Source: Alphaproteobacteria bacterium (lineage in GTDB: Bacteria; Pseudomonadota; Alphaproteobacteria; GCA-2731375). Taken from it: a DNA stretch of 64,000 nt. This document shows, piece after piece, positions 61,204 to 64,000 of this stretch (position 1 is its first letter; every line of letters starts with the position of its first letter). A model generated the notes under the pieces. It searched no databases and had not been told where the DNA came from. It saw only the letters and a program-made list of their open reading frames with translations. The stretch is from assembly GCA_965225945.1 (NCBI GenBank), contig CBDDBZ010000039.1, positions 288,001-352,000 on the forward strand, read 5' to 3'. A program made the position numbers and the translations under genes.

Positions 61204-63003
61204 GTGGCTGAATCCCTGGACTCTTCCTTGTTGCCATGGAGCCGGGCGAGCAGGCTTCGAGAACGGTGGCGAGGACGACGGCGGGGACGACGGCGGGGAC
61301 GGCGCGCGCGCGCGATCGTTCCCGCGGACATCACCGAGGCGCTGGGCGCGCGGCTGATCGCGCTCGGCAAGCTCGACAACGAGGGCTTCCGGCGCGCGAG
61401 CCGCATCCGCGAGGAGACCGGCGATCGCTTCAACCAGATCCTGACCAAGCTCGGCCTCGTCTCCGAGCGCGACATGGCCGAGGTGCTGGCCGACCAGTTG
61501 GAGGAACCCCTGGTCCGGGCCGGCGAGTATCCCGAGGCGCCGGCCGGCGGGCGCGTGATCAATCTCAAGTTTCTGAAGCAAATGCGGATCGTTCCCCTGG
61601 CGGAGCGCGACGACATCCTCACCCTGGTGATGGCGGACCCCTTCGACGACTACGCCATCGACGCCATGCGGCTGTTCTCGGGCCTGTCGATCCACCGCCG
61701 CGTCGGCGTGCCGGCGGAGATCGACGCCGCGATCGAGCGCATCTACGGCCGGGGCGGCACCATCGAGCGGATGGTGGAAGGCGCCGAATATGCCGGCGAC
61801 GAGGCCACGGCGGCGGATATCGCGCGGCTCAAGGACATGGCGAGCGAGGGCCCGGTGATCCGCCTGGTCAACCACCTGGTCGACCAGGCGGTGGCGATGC
61901 GCGCCTCGGACATCCACATCGAGCCGTTCCGCCACCACCTCAAGGTGCGCTACCGGGTCGACGGCGTGCTGCGCGAGGTCGAGGCGCCGCCGCTGAACCT
62001 CAGGGCCGCGGTGATCAGCCGGATCAAGATCATGGCCAACCTGAATATCGCCGAGATGCGTCTGCCGCAGGACGGGCGCATCCGCCTGATTACCGCCGGC
62101 AAGGAAATCGACATGCGAGTCGCCACGGTGCCGACGATGCATGGCGAGAGCGCGGTGCTGCGGCTCCTCGACCGGGACGCGGTGAACCTGGACTTCGAGG
62201 CGCTCGGCTTCGACGGCGACAATCTCGACGCCTATCGCCGGATCCTGGACCGGCCGCACGGCATCGTCCTCGTCACCGGGCCGACGGGCAGCGGCAAGAC
62301 GACGACGCTCTACACCTCGCTGATCCGCCTCAACGACGGGGAGCGCAAGATCCTCACCATCGAGGACCCGGTCGAATATCAACTCGAGGGCGTCAACCAG
62401 GTCCAGGTGAAGCCGCAGATCGGCCTTTCTTTCGCGCACGCCCTCAGATCCTTCCTGCGGCACGATCCGGACGTCATCATGATTGGCGAGATCCGCGATC
62501 TGGAAACCGCCGAGATCGCCGTGCAGGCGGCGCTGACCGGCCACAAGGTGCTCTCGACGCTGCACACCAACGACGCCATCGGCACCATCACCCGGCTGCT
62601 CGACATGGGCGTGGAGGGCTATCTTTTGCCCTCGACGCTGAACGGCATCGTCGCCCAGCGGCTGGTCCGCCGGCTCTGCCAGGAGTGCCGCGAGCCCCAC
62701 GAGGCGACGGAAAATTATCTCCGCCGCCTCGGCGTTGGGCGCCCCGGCGACGGCGCCGTGACGTTCTACCGGGCGGTCGGCTGCGAGGCCTGCAACGGCA
62801 CCGGATATCGGGGGCGGACCAGCATCTTGGAGGTCTTGGCGATGACGCCGGAGATCGCGGAGCGGGTTCTGAGCCACGTCGACGATCGGGCCGAGTTCGA
62901 ACGAGTCGGCGGCTTTCGTTCCATGTACCGCGACGGCTTCGAGAAGGCGCTCGCCGGCCTGACCTCGATCGAGGGGGTATTACGGGTGACGCGGGAGACC
63001 TAG
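61204..63003 (+). CDS. gspE: Type II secretion ATPase GspE/PilB family (start uncertain)
   Basis: ASDIHIEP, RLPQDGR, GPTGSGKTTT, EDPVE, GEIRD and tetracysteine motif. Confidence 0.9.
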   Translation: MAESLDSSLLPWSRASRLRERWRGRRRGRRRGRRARAIVPADITEALGARLIALGKLDNEGFRRASRIREETGDRFNQILTKLGLVSERDMAEVLADQLEEPLVRAGEYPEAPAGGRVINLKFLKQMRIVPLAERDDILTLVMADPFDDYAIDAMRLFSGLSIHRRVGVPAEIDAAIERIYGRGGTIERMVEGAEYAGDEATAADIARLKDMASEGPVIRLVNHLVDQAVAMRASDIHIEPFRHHLKVRYRVDGVLREVEAPPLNLRAAVISRIKIMANLNIAEMRLPQDGRIRLITAGKEIDMRVATVPTMHGESAVLRLLDRDAVNLDFEALGFDGDNLDAYRRILDRPHGIVLVTGPTGSGKTTTLYTSLIRLNDGERKILTIEDPVEYQLEGVNQVQVKPQIGLSFAHALRSFLRHDPDVIMIGEIRDLETAEIAVQAALTGHKVLSTLHTNDAIGTITRLLDMGVEGYLLPSTLNGIVAQRLVRRLCQECREPHEATENYLRRLGVGRPGDGAVTFYRAVGCEACNGTGYRGRTSILEVLAMTPEIAERVLSHVDDRAEFERVGGFRSMYRDGFEKALAGLTSIEGVLRVTRET

Positions 63004-63023
63004 GACCTAGTCCGACTCTCTAA

Positions 63024-63599
63024 CTACGCCGGTTCCACGCGTTCCAGGAAATCACGATAGTCGCGCGGCAGACCATGGGCGCGGGCCCCCTCGCGGAGCA
63101 GCGTGATGTAACGGAGCGACGGCTTGCCGTCCTCCTTCCTTCCCTTGGCGACATAGCTGATGGCGACGAATTTCGCGCCCAGATCATCCTCGACATCTAG
63201 CTGTGTCGGGCGGTAACGACCGCCCGGAACCCCTTCCGATGCGTTCAGCCGCACGAGTTCTCGCCGCGTGATGCGGTAAAGCACGCCCCAGACCTCTCCC
63301 CCCGGTTCCGGGCCAATGTTGGCCGGCGCCGCGCGACCCTTCGGCCGACCTTCGAGATTGAACCGCAGCCGATAGTTCTCGATCCGACCGACGCGCCATT
63401 CCTGGGGCCGCATTCGACGACGCCGCAGAAAGGCGTCGTCGTGCATGTTCGCGCCGTAAGCAAAGTACCAGACGGTGTCGTCGGGCTCGCCGTCGAGCCG
63501 CAGCCCCCACGCGCCGTACCACAAGCGCGCCAGGGGCCAGACGCGAATGATCACGGCGACCCAGCCTCGCCTCACCCACCTTCGCGTGCCCAGCCACAT
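63024..63599 (-). CDS. Gamma-glutamylcyclotransferase family protein
   Basis: WYFAYGANM, VWGVLY, SEG and GLP..Y motifs. Confidence 0.85.
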   Translation of the reverse strand: MWLGTRRWVRRGWVAVIIRVWPLARLWYGAWGLRLDGEPDDTVWYFAYGANMHDDAFLRRRRMRPQEWRVGRIENYRLRFNLEGRPKGRAAPANIGPEPGGEVWGVLYRITRRELVRLNASEGVPGGRYRPTQLDVEDDLGAKFVAISYVAKGRKEDGKPSLRYITLLREGARAHGLPRDYRDFLERVEPA

Positions 63600-64000
63600 C
63601 ACGATGCTTCGCTCGATGCCAGCTTGCGAATGAGCGCGAGCTGCAGGACCGCGGCCACGCCCGCGGCCGCGAAGACGGTCCAAAGCGAGAGGGTCTCGAC
63701 CAGGGCGGCGCCGAGGAGGGGGGCCAGCGCCGCCGGAGAGGCCAAGACGTTGAAATAGGCGGAATAGGCGGGGCGACGATCGTCCGGCGAGATTTCCATG
63801 AGGTAGCCCAGATAGCCGATCGTCGTGCCGTTGACCAGGGCGCCGATAGCCGCGAAGAGCACGGCGAACGTTGCCACCACCCAGACGCCGCCAGCATCGA
63901 GCACGCCGAGGAGAACCAGGACGCCGAGCGGTGGCGCGAGGCGAAGCACGCCCACCACCTCCAACAGGCGAAGCTTGCCGAAGCGGTCGCCGATGCGGCC
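63599..64000 (-). CDS. MFS transporter, C-terminal part (5'-partial)
   Basis: Hydrophobic helices; DRFGK loop and YLMEISPDDRRPAY; runs off the window. Confidence 0.75.
   Translation of the reverse strand, partial: GRIGDRFGKLRLLEVVGVLRLAPPLGVLVLLGVLDAGGVWVVATFAVLFAAIGALVNGTTIGYLGYLMEISPDDRRPAYSAYFNVLASPAALAPLLGAALVETLSLWTVFAAAGVAAVLQLALIRKLASSEAS

Noticed and set aside
1-64000. tRNA, rRNA, prophage, retron/reverse transcriptase or TnpB/IscB genes
   Set aside because: No recognisable signatures found by eye; tRNAscan and HMM searches were not run.

Overview
High-GC alphaproteobacterial chromosome segment (Rhodospirillales-like by gene content; inferred) that appears to span the replication origin and partition region. 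It has hemJ-hemH-hemE, a putative oriC and ppsR (DUF299) at 5-9 kb, porin-DUF3576-leuS-holA at 22-30 kb, and parB-parA-rsmG-mnmG-mnmE with three parS sites at 44-50 kb. Accessory content includes a branched-chain-type ABC transporter, a cluster of a JmjC hydroxylase, three tandem sulfotransferases and a 2OG-Fe(II) oxygenase around the porin, a GNAT toxin-antitoxin islet, a decayed adenylate cyclase, and prepilin peptidase-gspE. Mobile DNA is abundant: IS1595, a five-element nest (IS66 holding IS4, IS21 and IS630, with another element inside the IS21), and several MITE/REP-like relics. The most notable feature is a 4.14-kb IS21-family element present in two near-identical, independently inserted copies (16481-20870 and 36487-40627). 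Inside its ends it carries a structured ~400-nt leader, a Cys-rich zinc-finger ORF and a primase-like DUF3991/Toprim ORF with an apparently altered active site, together with istA-istB. Several frameshifts and mosaic stretches may be assembly or polishing artefacts. All family assignments are by motif recognition; no database search was run.
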